63,793 nucleotides of DNA, filler included, from Octopus bimaculoides (GCF_001194135.2; 5 parts of 5 records of this genome joined end to end with filler, not necessarily neighbours in it); one strand, 5' to 3'. Shown: positions 26,281 through 39,789, counted from the whole stretch's first letter. Made by a program: numbers and translations. The notes: generated from the sequence alone by a model not told the origin.

Positions 26281-26618
26281 AGACGTCGCACAGTATCCAA
26301 TATCGTGATGTTGTTGATTGAAGATATTGTGTCTACCGGGGGTTTGTATTGTCTGTCAAGTCACAACAAGGACCACAGACATTCAGTACTTTACGCAATA
26401 TGCGTGCAGTTTCAAGTAATGCCATTTTTGCATTACACCAAGATTGTAGAATACTTCTGAAGTTTCCAGATGCTTCTTCAGCTTGGGTGATATTGAACCC
26501 AATGCTCCGATGACAATAGGGACAACCTTTATCTTTGACTCTTGTGGCTGCCACATCTTGGTGATCTCAATTCTCAAGTCTCCATATTTATCAATCTATT
26601 CTCTTGATTATTCTCTAA

Positions 26619-26620
<2 letters not shown>
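26281..26620 (-). mobile_element. R4/Dong-like LINE 3' end
   Basis: IDKYGDLRIEITKMW..VVPIVIGALGSI; flanked by (TAA)n-type arrays on both sides. Confidence 0.88.
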
Positions 26621-26679
<59 letters not shown>

Positions 26680-26681
<2 letters not shown>

Positions 26682-28117
26682 GTTTGATTTTTGCTCTGTA
26701 TTTGAAAAAGATGACGCCAAGTCTCACCCAGATACCTCAAGAGACAAGTTAGAAGTTCAAGTTGGTGTTATGCCTATGCACAAAGTATTGTTCTAGAGAA
26801 TGTTTTAAAAAAACATAAGAAAATTATAATTTTGTTTTAAAATTTGTGATTACATAGACAGTATTTTAGGTACGATATGGTTATTTCCCATGAGCACTAC
26901 CGTTTAATTTCTGCCCTTTTGAGGTTTCCTGGTGTCTGAGCTAGGTTGGAATCAGACCCTTTTGCTATCATTCCTATGACACCCGTGACAACAAGTATTG
27001 TTTTAGTCTTCAGAGGTTCCACATGCTAATTTCTATTTCAAGATCTTTATACTTGCGCAGTTTTTGTTAGGTCTTGACCGATACGTTTATATCGATTGGG
27101 ACAGTCACATCAATGAGGAGGCATGATTTTTGTCTGAAGTCTTTCAATACAATGTCTGACCTATTCGCATCTATCTTTCTGTCAGTTTGAACGGTGAAAT
27201 TCCAGAGGAGTGAGATGTGATCATTTTCAAGCACTGGAGGTGGTTTGTGTTCCCACCAGTTTTTATCATGGGGCAGGTCCAGGTTTTTGCAAATTACCCA
27301 GTGAATATATTGTGCTGCTCTATCATGCCTGTTGAGATATTCGGTAGGTGCAAGCAGACTGCACATGGAGACAACATGATCAATGGTTTCATTTTATTGT
27401 TGACATACACGACATGTTGGACTTCTGCCGTTCTTTAATATGTTGGCCTGATAGTTCCTTATAGGTAGGCATTGATCTTGGGCTGCTATGATAAACCCTT
27501 CTGTTTCTGATTTTAAGCCCAAAGACGCTAACCATTGATGGCTAAGGGCTTTGTCAACATCAGCGTTATTAGCTCTCTTTAGATATTTGCCATTGAGAGG
27601 TTTTCCTTGCCATTTATCAGTCAGAATATCTAAGGCAGCATTTTTAGCACGGGTTTTCATATGCTCAGCTTTTTCTGTATTTGTTTCCAGTACATCTAAT
27701 TCTCACTTAGATATCTCTTTGCCTGTTTTGTTACTGAGTTTGATGCTTTCTTGTTTTCATGTTTTGAGACAAGTTTTAATATCCAGTCATCAAAGTTTTC
27801 CAGATAGGTGTTTAGGCCAATTGTGGCAATCTTCATTGTTAATTCCAGTTGTAAAAATCCACGGCCTCCCTCTTTTCTTGGCAGATAAAGTCATTCTATA
27901 TCTGCCTTAGGGTGGTTCATTCTGTGCATTGTCAACAGTTTTTGTATTTTTCTGTCAAGATTACATGTTTCAGTAATTGACCAGTTAATGATATTGAAAC
28001 TGTAAGTCACGACTGGTATGGCTAAAGTATTGATCTCTTCGATCTTGTTTCTTGCATTCAGCTCTGTCTTGAGTATTGCTCTCACCCTGTGATAACATTC
28101 TCTTCTGATCCTTTCCC
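26680..28117 (-). mobile_element. R4/Dong-like LINE 3' 1.4 kb (thumb, knuckle, RLE, UTR)
   Basis: MHRMNHPKADIE, WLASLGLKSETEGFIIAAQDQ, CRVC, HDRAAQYIHW, RSDIVLKD; same 3' UTR as 40633-41295. Confidence 0.92.
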
Positions 28118-28126
28118 TCATCATCA

Positions 28127-28246
<120 letters not shown>

Positions 28247-28273
28247 CCATCATCATCATTATTTTCATTATTA

Positions 28274-29084
28274 TCTTTCAATTTTGTTTCCATTTCTTGC
28301 CGAGTGTCTTCCTGACACCTAGGGCAGAGAAACGCACTGTATACATTGGTAGGCCATTAAAATAAACACACCAGGTTGTTCATTTACAAAGTCATGTGAT
28401 AGAGAAAAAGGAAAAGAAAAACAGAGAAGGAGAAAAGTAAAAACTAAAAAAGTAAAGAAAATAAAGGGATAAAAACGAGAGAAAATTTACAGCAACAAGG
28501 CTCTTCTCAATACGTGTGACCAGTTGCTAGTTAAGACAATCTTTTGCACCTCTTGCATGGATGGTACACCAGGGATTATTCTTAAATAATTTTCAGTTCC
28601 TTTTTTGATAAGTTCAAGTGCTCCAACAATCATTAATATTGTAACTGTCTTGAAATGCTACATCTTTCCGATTTCGATTAGCAAATTTTTATATTTTCTG
28701 AGCTTATCAAATTCTTTTGCCAGAGATATTATGGTCACAGAGTTTGCTCATGTCAATTAATAAACAGACTTTATTGCTTTGGTCTTTCACAACAATATCT
28801 GGTTTATTTGCTTTGATGGTCCGGTCTGTACATACTGGGAAGTCCCAAAGAATTGTTACATTTTCTCCCTCAGTTACAACCTCAGGATGGTGCTTGTACC
28901 ATTTGTCAGCAGTTTTGATTTTATAATGCCGACACATTATCCAGTGTAGGTACTGGCCAACTCTGTCATGATTTGATTTGTACTCTACAGGTGCTAAAAC
29001 CTTACACCTAGAGATTAGGTGGTCCACTGTTTCAATCTCATCGTTGCAATATCGACATTTTGGGTCTACATCATTTTTCATCAC

Positions 29085-29086
<2 letters not shown>
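28274..29086 (-). mobile_element. R4/Dong-like LINE 3' fragment (second subfamily)
   Basis: DPKCRYCNDEIETVDHLISRC, HDRVGQYLHW, KPDIVVKD..LIDMS; 3' UTR shared with 40075-40545. Confidence 0.92.
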
Positions 29087-29122
<36 letters not shown>

Positions 29123-29240
29123 CATTATTATTATTATTATTATTATTATACCATCATCATCGTCCTCATCATCATCATTGATATATCCTTCATCATCAAA
29201 ATCGCGATTATTGTTGAATTATTGTCATTGTTATTTACAG

Positions 29241-29436
29241 CAACCACACTCCTCGTATTATTAAATTCTAACGCTAGTGGACACCAGACAGTTTCATTGA
29301 TCACGTACAGTATAGAGATTAACAATGGAATGGCTTTAACGTTGTGTGAATCTAACAGGGCCACGATGCTCAGCAGCGTGGATCATCAGCTACATTCAAC
29401 GATTCAAGACTGGTTTCGAAACAATCGTAACACCAG
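29241..29436 (+). CDS. Probable second coding exon: end of signal peptide and first half of a C-type-lectin-like domain
   Basis: Acceptor ttatttacag, donor AG|GTAAGT at 29437; reads TTLLVLLNSNASGHQTVSLITYSIEINNGMALTLCESNRATMLSSVDHQLHSTIQDWFRNNRNT; the A..LC....A.ML S....H..I..W pattern resembles CTLD helices 1-2 (pattern recognition only). Confidence 0.7.
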
Positions 29437-29459
29437 GTAAGTATCTGTGACATTTCACT

Positions 29460-29700
29460 AAATTTAATATCTTTTACTTACATTAGTCATTGGACTGCGG
29501 CCATGCTGGTGCACCACCTTGAAGTATTCTTTCGTCGAATGAACCCGACCACGGTACTTTTTTTGTTTTGTTTTTTTTTTAAGCCTGGACTTTATTCTGT
29601 CGGTCTCTCTTGCTGAACCACTCAGTTACGGGGATGTAAATCCATCGACACCGGTTATCAAGCGGTGTCGATGGGACAAACACAGACACGAACACGTACG
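29460..29700 (-). mobile_element. SINE 3' part (family B/C)
   Basis: Reverse copy of 30195-30382. Confidence 0.8.
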
Positions 29701-29974
29701 GATACACACACAGATATATAATATATATATATATATATATANNNNNNNNNNNNNNNNNNNNNNNNNNNNNNNNNNNNNNNNNNNNNNNNNNNNNNNNNNN
29801 NNNNNNNNNNNNNNNNNNNNNNNNNNNNNNNNNNNNNNNNNNNNNNNNNNNNNNNNNNNNNNNNNNNNNNNNNNNNNNNNNNNNNNNNNNNNNNNNNNNN
29901 NNNNNNNNNNNNNNNNNNNNNNNNNNNNNNNNNNNNNNNNNNNNNNNNTATGTATGTATATGTGTGTGTGTGTG

Positions 29975-30007
<33 letters not shown>

Positions 30008-30009
30008 AT

Positions 30010-30382
30010 AGGCACAGAAGTGGCTGTGTGGTAAATAGCTTGCTTAACCACATGGCCCTGGGTTCAGTGCCACTGTGTGGCACCTTGGGCAAGTGTCTTC
30101 TACTCGGGCCGACTAAAGTCTTGTCAGTGAATTTGGTAGTCGGAAACTGAAAGAAGCCCATCGTATATGTCTATATATGTGTGTCTGCGTTTGTCCCCCC
30201 AACATCGCTTGACAACCGATGCTGGTGTGTTTACGTCCCCGTAACTTAGCCGTTCGGCAAAAGAGACCGGTTAAATAAGTACTAGGCTTACAAAGAATAA
30301 GGTCTGTGGTCGATTTGCTCGACTAAAGGTGGTGCTCCAGCATGGCCGCAGTCAAATGACTGAAACAAGTAAAAGAATAAAA
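30010..30382 (+). mobile_element. Near full-length tRNA-derived SINE (family B/C)
   Basis: A-box-like TGGCTGTGTGG, B-box-like GGTTCAGTGCC, ccttgggcaag core, internal AT/GT microsatellite, end gactgaaacaagtaaaagaataaaag. Confidence 0.85.
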
Positions 30383-30932
30383 GCGTATATATAATACACA
30401 TGTATTATATATACTCTTTTATGGCATGGCATGGTTACTCTTTGCAAATGTTTACTATAATGGCACCTGGAATGAAAAAGAATAATTACGTTGTAAATTC
30501 TACACTGCTAAAAACATATTAAGACGCTTAGATCAGAAATTTTGAAAATTAAATGTCTATTTACTTTCTGCATGTCTGTGTATATATATATACATATACG
30601 TATATAATACGTGTGTGTGTGTGTGTATTTGTATAAATATATACGACGGGCTTTTTTCAGTTTCCAGCTACCAAATCCACTCACAAGACCAGAAGCTATA
30701 GCAGAAGACACTTGCCCAAGGTGTTATGCAGTGAACCCGGAACCATTAGCTTAGGGAACAAGCTTCTTACCTGCGCCTATATGTTGACTATTTTATTACT
30801 AGTATGATTTACACATAGAAAAAACTTCAAGGGTCCTTCCTGAGCCATAGGTTAATAAAGCCGGTCTCTCAGCTTCTGTAGCGTACATATACTCTTGCGC
30901 TGAACCGAACGCGAAATTTTTTCCTACGACAG

Positions 30933-31546
30933 TTCTGGACCCCATTTATGAACTCATTTGCATACAGCCAATCAGAGCTCAACTATCAAACTAGTGTCAA
31001 CCTAGTTACGAAAATACTCCGGTTGAGTTCAGGGGAAAATGTGCGTTGTAGCAAAATCTAACTGTTCTAAACGGGTTAATAGGGGTGAAAAATGTGAAAT
31101 TTAGTGTATAAAGTAAATGGAGAGCTGCCATAAATGTCGCCAACTTGCGTAAGAAAATGTAAATGGGCGTAGTTTTCTAATTTTTTGACTGATTTTGTAC
31201 ATTCCTAATTTAAAATGTCAGTGTTGGTCTGGAAACATCGTAATCAATATGGCGTTGTGTCGTATTGCTGCCTTACATATATCAATGGGTACATGTAGTA
31301 TCACTAAACTCAGTTTGAGAATAGGTACCTAATGTTAGTTCCATATAAAGATGGTGCTCAATTGATCTAGGAGGATGGTGTGGGGGTATAATGTGGTGCT
31401 TATGTGAAACCTGCTATGCTGTACTCACAGAGTGGCATACACCATTCTATGCCTGACTGGCTATACTGTAGTAGTACATAGTATGTGTATTTTCAAGGTG
31501 AGCTCTGATTGGTTGTATGCAAATGAGATCATTACTGGGGTCAGAA
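30933..31546. mobile_element. MITE with about 48-bp imperfect terminal inverted repeats
   Basis: Left ttctggaccccatttatgaactcatttgcatacagccaatcagagctca (30933-30981); right tgagctctgattggttgtatgcaaatgagatcattactggggtcagaa (31499-31546). Confidence 0.85.
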
Positions 31547-32617
31547 TCTCATTTTCGCAAGCTGAGTGGAATGAAGCAACCTGAAATGAAGTGTTTAGAG
31601 CTCAAGAACACAATACATCGCCCAGTCTATGAATGGATACCGCAATCTTACGATCGTGAGTGCAACACCCTTAACCACTAAGCCATACACCTCCACCTGC
31701 GATTTGCTAAATAATTCTACATTGTGTTTTTACGCCTTTTTTACGGGTTGATAATTTATATATATATATATATATATATATGAGTGTGTATGTGTGTATG
31801 TGTGTCTGTGTGTCTGTGCGCGCGCAAGGACACGGACACACGCATATAAACACTTGTATGTACACCCATATATATGTGTGTGTGTATAAATCAGAAATGG
31901 AAAACAAAACAATAAGTTGAACAATTATAAATTCAATTCAATTTAAATATTTTATACAAACAAATGACACATCTCATAAATTACAGCTGTTTCCGCTTCA
32001 TTAAAAAACGAAATTTTTCAAGAATAACCAAATCTGTATAAATAGATAGACATATCTGCTTAAATATTTGACGTAATATANNNNNNNNNNNNNNNNNNNN
32101 NNNNNNNNNNNNNNNNNNNNNNNNNNNNNNNNNNNNNNNNNNNNNNNNNNNNNNNNNNNNNNNNNNNNNNNNNNNNNNNNNNNNNNNNNNNNNNNNNNNN
32201 NNNNNNNNNNNNNNNNNNNNNNNNNNNNNNNNNNNNNNNNNNNNNNNNNNNNNNNNNNNNNNNNNNNNNNNNNNNNNNNNNNNNNNNNNNNNNNNNNNNN
32301 NNNNNNNNNNNNNNNNNNNNNNNNNNNNNNNNNNNNNNNNNNNNNNNNNNNNNNNNNNNNNNNNNNNNNNNNNNNNNNNNNNNNNNNNNNNNNNNNNNNN
32401 NNNNNNNNNNNNNNNNNNNNNNNNNNNNNNNNNNNNNNNNNNNNNNNNNNNNNNNNNNNNNNNNNNNNNNNNNNNNNNNNNNNNNNNNNNNNNNNNNNNN
32501 NNNNNNNNNNNNNNNNNNNNNNNNNNNNNNNNNNNNNCGGAGTAACCAGTAAACATCGAAGAATCAACACCAAGAAGGAAGAAATATTATTTACATATAT
32601 TTATTCATTGCCGACAG

Positions 32618-32664
32618 AGCCGAATTTTGGGGAAAATTTTGGTTTTATCCATACAATGTACACC
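32618..32664 (+). CDS. Candidate third exon (AEFWGKFWFYPYNVH)
   Basis: Acceptor ttattcattgccgacag is phase-compatible with 29436 and places FWG where CTLDs have W.G; the donor at 32665 (GTTATT) is weak, and read-through stops at 32682-32684. Confidence 0.35.
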
Positions 32665-33034
32665 GTTATTCAAAAGACCTATAGAGCAACGGGTCCGTAG
32701 CTACTGTTTTTGTTGTTGACGTTTATGTAGTTTCAAAATGCCTTAGTTTACAACTGAGATGTATTGTTATTGTCATGATTTTATTCCAATATAATCAACA
32801 ACAAACATTTCGTCAATTTAAAAGTCTTTATTAGATTAAAAGTAACATTATCAAAACATGAAGTTAAAACAAAACAAATATGCTTTGTTTTTTTCCAGGC
32901 ACCAATGTACTGTAACCGTAGTCTTTCACATTGTTCAACAACCGACCTTTCCTCTGAAAAAAATCACTAGAATCAGTCGATCTCCATACACACATTATTT
33001 TCCTCGTGAAACTTATATAAAAGTACACATATTA

Positions 33035-33109
33035 GGCGCACCCTTCTATAAGCCGCACACTAAATTTTCCAGGTAAAAAATAGCGGCTTATACACCGGAA
33101 AATGCGGTA
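33035..33109. mobile_element. Terminal fragment of a pogo/Tc1-like MITE
   Basis: Ends gcggcttatacaccggaaaatgcggta, the reverse complement of a TACCGTATTTTCCGG-type TIR with TA. Confidence 0.6.
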
Positions 33110-33513
33110 ATTGTAGTGGCAGTGACAAGTTCGCTCGCTGGTTGGTAGTTGATAGTGTAGAAGTAGCTGTCTGCCAGTAGAGGGGGAAAGAGTAAGAAAT
33201 GCACGGTGCTAACTAGAAGAGATGACCCGGAACTTGTTCCTCTTCGACTACTATCGCAAACAGCAGTGGCTTTCTTCAATTGAATACACGTCGTTGATTG
33301 GTTAAAATTGCTCAAATATGATAACTTTAACACGAAATAACTTCTAAAATGCAAAATTTTATCAAAAAGGTTCAAAGTAAACCGTGTTCTGCGTGAAAAA
33401 TTACACCAGTATACGAAGTTTCAAACTGTTTAGTTAGAAAAAATTAATTAAAAATCTGTGAGCCAAACTGAAAAGATCCATACATACATACATACATACA
33501 TACATACATACAT

Positions 33514-33894
33514 TTGTTGGCCCTCCGTCGCTTACGACGTCGAGGGTTCCAGTTAATCCGATCAACAGAACAGCCTGCTCGTGAAATTAACGTACAAGTG
33601 GCTGAGCAATCCACAGACACTTGTACCCTTAACGTAGTTCTCGGGGATATTCAGCGTGACACAGTGTGACAAGGCTGACCCTTTGAATTACAGGCACAAC
33701 AGAAACAGGAAGTAAGAGTGAGAGGAAGTTGTGGTGGAAGAGTACAGCAGGGTTCGCCACCATCCCCTGCTAGAGCCTCGTGGAGCTTTAGGTGTTTTCG
33801 CTCAATAAACACTCACAACGCCCGGTCTGGGAATCGAAACCGCGATCCTACGACCGCGAGTCCGCTGCCCTAACCACTTGGCCATTGCGCCTCC
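33514..33894 (-). mobile_element. Young tRNA-derived SINE (family D), 381 bp, inside a (TACA)n array
   Basis: Minus strand head ggaggcgcaaTGGCCAAGTGGttagggcagcg..GGTTTCGATTCC with intact A and B boxes; long non-tRNA body; (ATGT)n tail. Confidence 0.88.
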
Positions 33895-33956
33895 ACACAT
33901 ACATACATACATACATACATACATACATACATACATACATACATACATACATACAT

Positions 33957-34356
33957 GCGAGAAATTAGGCTTCTCAAAATCAGAAAAGAAACTACTGATC
34001 CAATCCATTACTGGAACTGTAAAAATCTGTAAAACTTTCCAGAAGTTTTCATTTAAGTATATACGAGAATGTGAAGACATATAACTATATGCATGAGAAG
34101 ACATATATAAAACAAAACATACAAACCTGCACGTATACATACATACATACATACATACATACATACATACATACATACATACATACAAAAATACCCTGTT
34201 GATGTTGTTGAAATTCCAACGAAGGAGCCTTAGATCTAGGTTAGAAACCGATTCTTTCTCTATTGTTTTTCTTTTACTTGTTTCAGTCATTTGACTGCAG
34301 CCATGCTGGAGCACCGCCTTTTTTGGCAAGAAATCTTGAAATAAAACTGAATAATG
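33957..34356 (+). mobile_element. 3' end of a second RLE-type non-LTR family, copy 1
   Basis: EKLGFSKSEKKLLIQSITGTVKICKTFQKF resembles an RLE C-terminus; UTR with internal (TACA)n and gaaattccaa.gaaggagcctt.gatctaggttagaaacc; a SINE fragment interrupts at about 34262-34325. Confidence 0.6.
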
Positions 34357-35246
34357 ACATACATCTCAAAAGAAAATACTGGGAAGATTTTACATATTTT
34401 TAATTACGTTATACGCCACTAATGATCAACCCAGCTTTAGAATTGTTCCCCCTCTATCAATTCAGGGACAATGCAACCTATAATGAGCGCATTAGCAAAT
34501 AATCATATTTCATGGCAAAAATATAAATCCCTTTTGAATGCTTCCACCACAGATGACACTATTACAAGGTTCTTAGAATAATGTCCAAGCAAATATTCAA
34601 AACGAGAAATATATTAGTCACTGACCATGAAACTATTTTGAACAGTTCCTACCATTACTGTTACCACCACAACAGGTCACTTTTAGGTCACTTGGCCATT
34701 AAAGAAGATTCCACGAACAGCTCTACTACTGGATCATACCACTCCCATCTTTTTCTTTTTTTCTCCTTCCTCTTCTTTCTCTGCTTCTTCTCCTTCGCCT
34801 TCTCTTTACTCGGCTACTGCTGCTGCTTAAACTATCAATCTTTAGAACCAAACATTTCTCTGCACCCATAAACACTATTTCTTCAGATCTGTTACTACCT
34901 ACCGAGACTTCACAAAGGAAAAGAGAGAGAGACAGGGAAAAGGAAAATGTCCCACCTATTTGAAGACTATGGAAATATTTACAAAACATTTCATTTAATT
35001 TTCTCTTCAATTTAATTGTTTTTCTTGTTTTACTCTTAATTGAAAAAGTCGAAAAGACTGAGACCAGTACTAACCGTTACAAACTGTATTTTATGATAAA
35101 ATTGTTTCAGCATTTTCTACCTTGTCTTATTTTCCTTATACATATCAACTCATGTGTTACTTTTCAATCTTCTACATACATACACACACACACACACACA
35201 CANNNNNNNNNNNNNNNNNNNNNNNNNNNNNNNNNNNNNNNNNNNN

Positions 35247-35258
35247 TTAATTAATTAA
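35247..35258. other. Assembly gap spacer TTAATTAATTAA
   Basis: Centre of 100-nt gap 35203-35302. Confidence 0.95.
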
Positions 35259-35302
35259 NNNNNNNNNNNNNNNNNNNNNNNNNNNNNNNNNNNNNNNNNN
35301 NN

Positions 35303-35353
<51 letters not shown>

Positions 35354-36283
35354 AAGAGAGAGAGAGTGAGAGAGAAAGATGACTGCACTAGTAGTCGGCT
35401 GGAAACGGTTCAGCTGTACCTGTAAGCATATTTTGAAATAGGCCACTCTATTGAAATGTAAGTGTAATTGTGTAACATAATGTACACCTTTAAATTATTA
35501 TTGTTTTTCTTTAGCCATTGGTGAAACATCATGAGTGTATCTATACTTAAGAGTATTCTACCCTAACCATACTGTCATTTTAGCAGTACCTAGAACTACA
35601 TTATATTTTTTCTTTCTACTGTAGGCACATGGCCTCAAATTTTTTGGGAGGAGACCAGTCAGTTACATCGACACAAATACTAAACTAATACTTACTTCAT
35701 CGACCCCCTAAAGAATGAAAGGCAAAGCCAACCTTGTCGAAATTTGAACTCAGAACGTAAAACTGAAAGAAATACCACTAACCGTTTTGTTCGGTGTGTT
35801 AATGATTTTTACAGCTTTACGTAGTCTCATTAAAATTTTTTCGAAGACAATACAGTCTAACTTGAAGAAGATTTGGCAGACAGTTCTTGCAGGATTCTCG
35901 ACCACATAGTAACACGTTCTGCCAGCTTATAGTGCTGAGTGAAACTCTTGTTATGTTAGTGACAGAAGCTATATGCCAGAGTGTACTGTGGCAGTATATT
36001 TGAACTCATTTTATAATAGAGCTTTCTATGGTAATAGCTTTGATTTTATCTATATATCTGAGCGTTCTATGATAGTAGTTTTGGTCTTATCTATATATTC
36101 GAGTATGCAATAGAAGTATATTTGTTCTCGTTTACTCTCAGACATTAAATTTTTCATTTTTCATCTCTACCTACATATACAAATTGCGAACATGCGTATT
36201 TAATATATCTATATCAACATCATCTATCTAGAACTATTTCTGTGTTTCTGCTTAAATGCATGCAAATACACACACATTTGCAT

Positions 36284-36326
<43 letters not shown>

Positions 36327-37448
36327 CATATAAATATAAATACACACACACACACATAACACACAAACACGCGTACACACACATACACACACAAAATGGC
36401 TGACACGTTTTATTTGCCCTGTAATAAATCATAATGTAATATCATTGTCCAGATGTGGTTATAGTGAAGAAATATGACCGCTAGCTGATCTCTCTGGGAA
36501 GTTTAATTAGTATTGTATTATATTAATATATGATTATTATCTGGCACAGAAAGCCGCTTCATCTGACACGTAGGACATGATATAAANNNNNNNNNNNNNN
36601 NNNNNNNNNNNNNNNNNNNNNNNNNNNNNNNNNNNNNNNNNNNNNNNNNNNNNNNNNNNNNNNNNNNNNNNNNNNNNNNNNNNNNNNNNNNNNNNNNNNN
36701 NNNNNNNNNNNNNNNNNNNNNNNNNNNNNNNNNNNNNNNNNNNNNNNNNNNNNNNNNNNNNNNNNNNNNNNNNNNNNNNNNNNNNNNNNNNNNNNNNNNN
36801 NNNNNNNNNNNNNNNNNNNNNNNNNNNNNNNNNNNNNNNNNNNNNNNNNATATATATATATATATATATATACATACATACATATATATTTATATATATA
36901 TATACAGATATACATATATACATACATGCATGCATTTATATATATATATATATCCATAATATATTATATATTATTACATACATATAAATGTATGAATAAA
37001 GAGATACACATACTCATATGCATAGACACTCACCCATCCGACCACCCACGAACCTCCTCCCATACATATATATATGATCGAATGCTTAAGAAGCTCATTT
37101 CAGAATCGTGATGTTCCGTGTTCAGTTCTACTTCAAAGCATCTTGGGCAAGTACCTTTTATAGTAGCTTCAGGTTGATCAAAGCCTTTTGACTAAAAATG
37201 GGTAGACGGAAACTGTGAAGACCCGCTGGATAGATTGTACATGTAATGCAAAAATACAGTCAGGTCTTATTGTGATACGATGATCCCACCTGTGAATTAC
37301 GTTATGTGTACACGTGTCTTCGGAATGTTTAGCAAGTTATACGAAAATTCAAAGACTGGACAGGTTGGCCAAAGCACTAAATACTCATCGTTAAAATCGA
37401 CATACATACATACATACATACATACATACATACATACACACATACACA

Positions 37449-37710
37449 CGAGAAAGCTAATTCGAAGACTACAGATCCAATCCATCACTGGAACTATAAA
37501 AATCTGTAAAACTTTCCAGTTTACCATTGAAGTATATATGAGCATGTCTAGATATGCAACTATACGCATGAGAATACATAGATAAAATATACGAATCTGC
37601 ACATACATACATGCATACATACAAAAATCCCCTGTTGTTGATGCTGAAATTCCAATGAAGGAGCCTTGGATCTAGGTTAGAAACCGGGCCTTGAAATAAA
37701 CTGAATAATG
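37449..37710 (+). mobile_element. Second RLE-type family, copy 2
   Basis: RKLIRRLQIQSITGTIKICKTFQF plus the same UTR; (TACA)n on both sides. Confidence 0.6.
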
Positions 37711-38444
37711 ACATACATACATCTGTATTTGTGTGTGTACGTGTGTGTGTGCATGTGTGTGTGTGTGTGTAAAAATTCGTATATGTATATCTATATGAGA
37801 AATAATTAAGATTCAGTTGAATTAGGCATTTAAGTTGAGGCACCAAGTTAGTCCGAATGCACCAATTCCTTGACATCCTTGTTGATTATTTGGTGTATAT
37901 ATATATATATATATCACACCTTGATAATGTCAGAGACTACTACTAAATTTCGGCCACAACAGAGAAAGAGGATGTTCTTGAAGCCGAGGATTTTGAACTT
38001 ACGAAGACAATATTTACATATCGCATGAGGAAACACATCTAGATCTTCTAATGCAGGGAAGTGGTTACATAATAAAGAACCTGCACGCCACGAGGAAAAC
38101 GTTGCGTGGAAACAATTGTAGAGATTAAAAAATAAATGTCCAACCGTACTCCTTGTTGTTGACTCCAATCTTTTCAATTATCTATTCAGACACGCAGATG
38201 CTCAAACGCAAACCTGGAAGTACGTATGATACTACTATTGGACAGCAGAGCATAAATCTGAAGGTGCATGAGCTTTATACTGTATTGTACTACGTTCTTA
38301 ACACAATATACCACATCTATCTGTTTGTCCGCCTCTCTGCCTATGTATGTGTATATATATATGTGTATATATGTATGTATGTATGCATGTATGTATGTAT
38401 GCATTCATAACACACATAAATTCATACATACGTGTTCTTGTGTT

Positions 38445-38486
<42 letters not shown>

Positions 38487-38497
38487 NNNNNNNNNNA

Positions 38498-38535
<38 letters not shown>

Positions 38536-38574
38536 CATGCATACATGTATATATATATATATTCGTACATACAT

Positions 38575-38884
38575 GCATTTTGAACTTTCGAAGACATTAT
38601 TTCCAGAAGTTTATTATTTAGATATATATGAGCATGTCTAGATATATAACTATATGCATGAGAATACTTACATAAAGCAAATCGTACAAATTTGCACACA
38701 TACATGCATACATACATACATGCATGCATACATACATACATGCATGCATACATACATACATACATACATACATGTAAAAATGCCGTTGTTGATGTTGAAA
38801 TTCCAATGAAGGAGCCTTGGATCTTGAGTAGAAACCGGCTCTTTCTCTATTGGCAAGAAATCTTGAAGTAAAACTGGACAGTGA
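38575..38884 (+). mobile_element. Second RLE-type family, copy 3
   Basis: Same UTR with expanded (TACA/TGCA)n. Confidence 0.6.
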
Positions 38885-39789
38885 TATACGTACACATGTA
38901 TATATACATTCGTTTCGCACGAGCATTTATGACTATAATTTAATGATGTGCGGGTGCTTCTTTATGGTGACCTCATTTGTCATTTCATGTACTGAAAGTC
39001 TTATGGAGATCGAAGAGTGGTGATGTGTGTAAATCTAACCAGTTGCAAGAGCACAGTAAGTTACGATTTTCGTCTGTTACCTATGTTTGAAACCATGCAG
39101 ATCTCCAACAAGACCGAATAGTCAGCCGAGAGGTCATTGATGGAAATTCAAAATAAGGATGCACAATCGGCAGCACAACTAATGAAGAAATGTTATTTGG
39201 ATGGCACAGAGCTAGCTCTGTAGGGTCATCAGTTTAGTCTCCAATGGCCCGACATGTGTTATTCGGTTTCACAACTTCAGTTATAGTGGTGGTGAAGGAA
39301 ATCAGTGATACGTACCTGAGTATATATGGTACATAGACAGATGTGATGGAAAGAAGGAAGAAATAAAAAAAAAGAAAGAAGGGGGAAAACTGTTTTTACT
39401 TTGAGTTGTTGCTGTCCTTGCCGTTGTTATTCACGTTGGTTAGACTATCCTCTGTAATCACGAAGGCTCTATTGTCACTGTTGTTATTCTGTTCCTGACG
39501 TGACTGTCTTCGGTTGTCATGATGGATCTGTTGTTAATATCATTGCTACTTTTAGAACTGTTGCTGTTGTATCTGATTCAGTCTTCTGTAGATACAAAGG
39601 GATTGGAAGTTTCTAGCCTATAAGTTTGGCTGCTGCTGCTACACTATAGAGAGGGTTGGTTTTGTAGTCGGAATGAGTGATGTTGGAATACGTTTCCAGT
39701 GTCTGGGGTGTATAGAGTTTGCTTATTTTATATCGTTTTGCTGAGTGAGTCTAGGGAGAAAATTCTGTCCCACAAGTTGTTTCATTGGT

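Noticed and set aside
32618-32697. Alternative frame reading EPNFGENF as a lectin sugar-binding motif
   Set aside because: Not phase-compatible with the 29436 donor without an unseen exon and lacks the following Cys; retained only as an alternative if an exon lies in a gap.
33820-33894. tRNA gene
   Set aside because: A and B boxes are intact but the sequence continues into a 300-bp SINE body and tail and lacks a proper acceptor stem and terminator.
34210-34255. Hammerhead in the TACA-family UTR (ccaacgaaggagcct..aggttagaaac)
   Set aside because: A stem plus GAAAC is present but CUGANGA is missing and no stem I or III pairing was found; more likely a 3' recognition stem-loop.
39590-39740. 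Death-domain-like peptide KDWKFLAYKFG
   Set aside because: Short match inside decayed triplet-repeat sequence; the rest of the frame does not fit and no donor follows.
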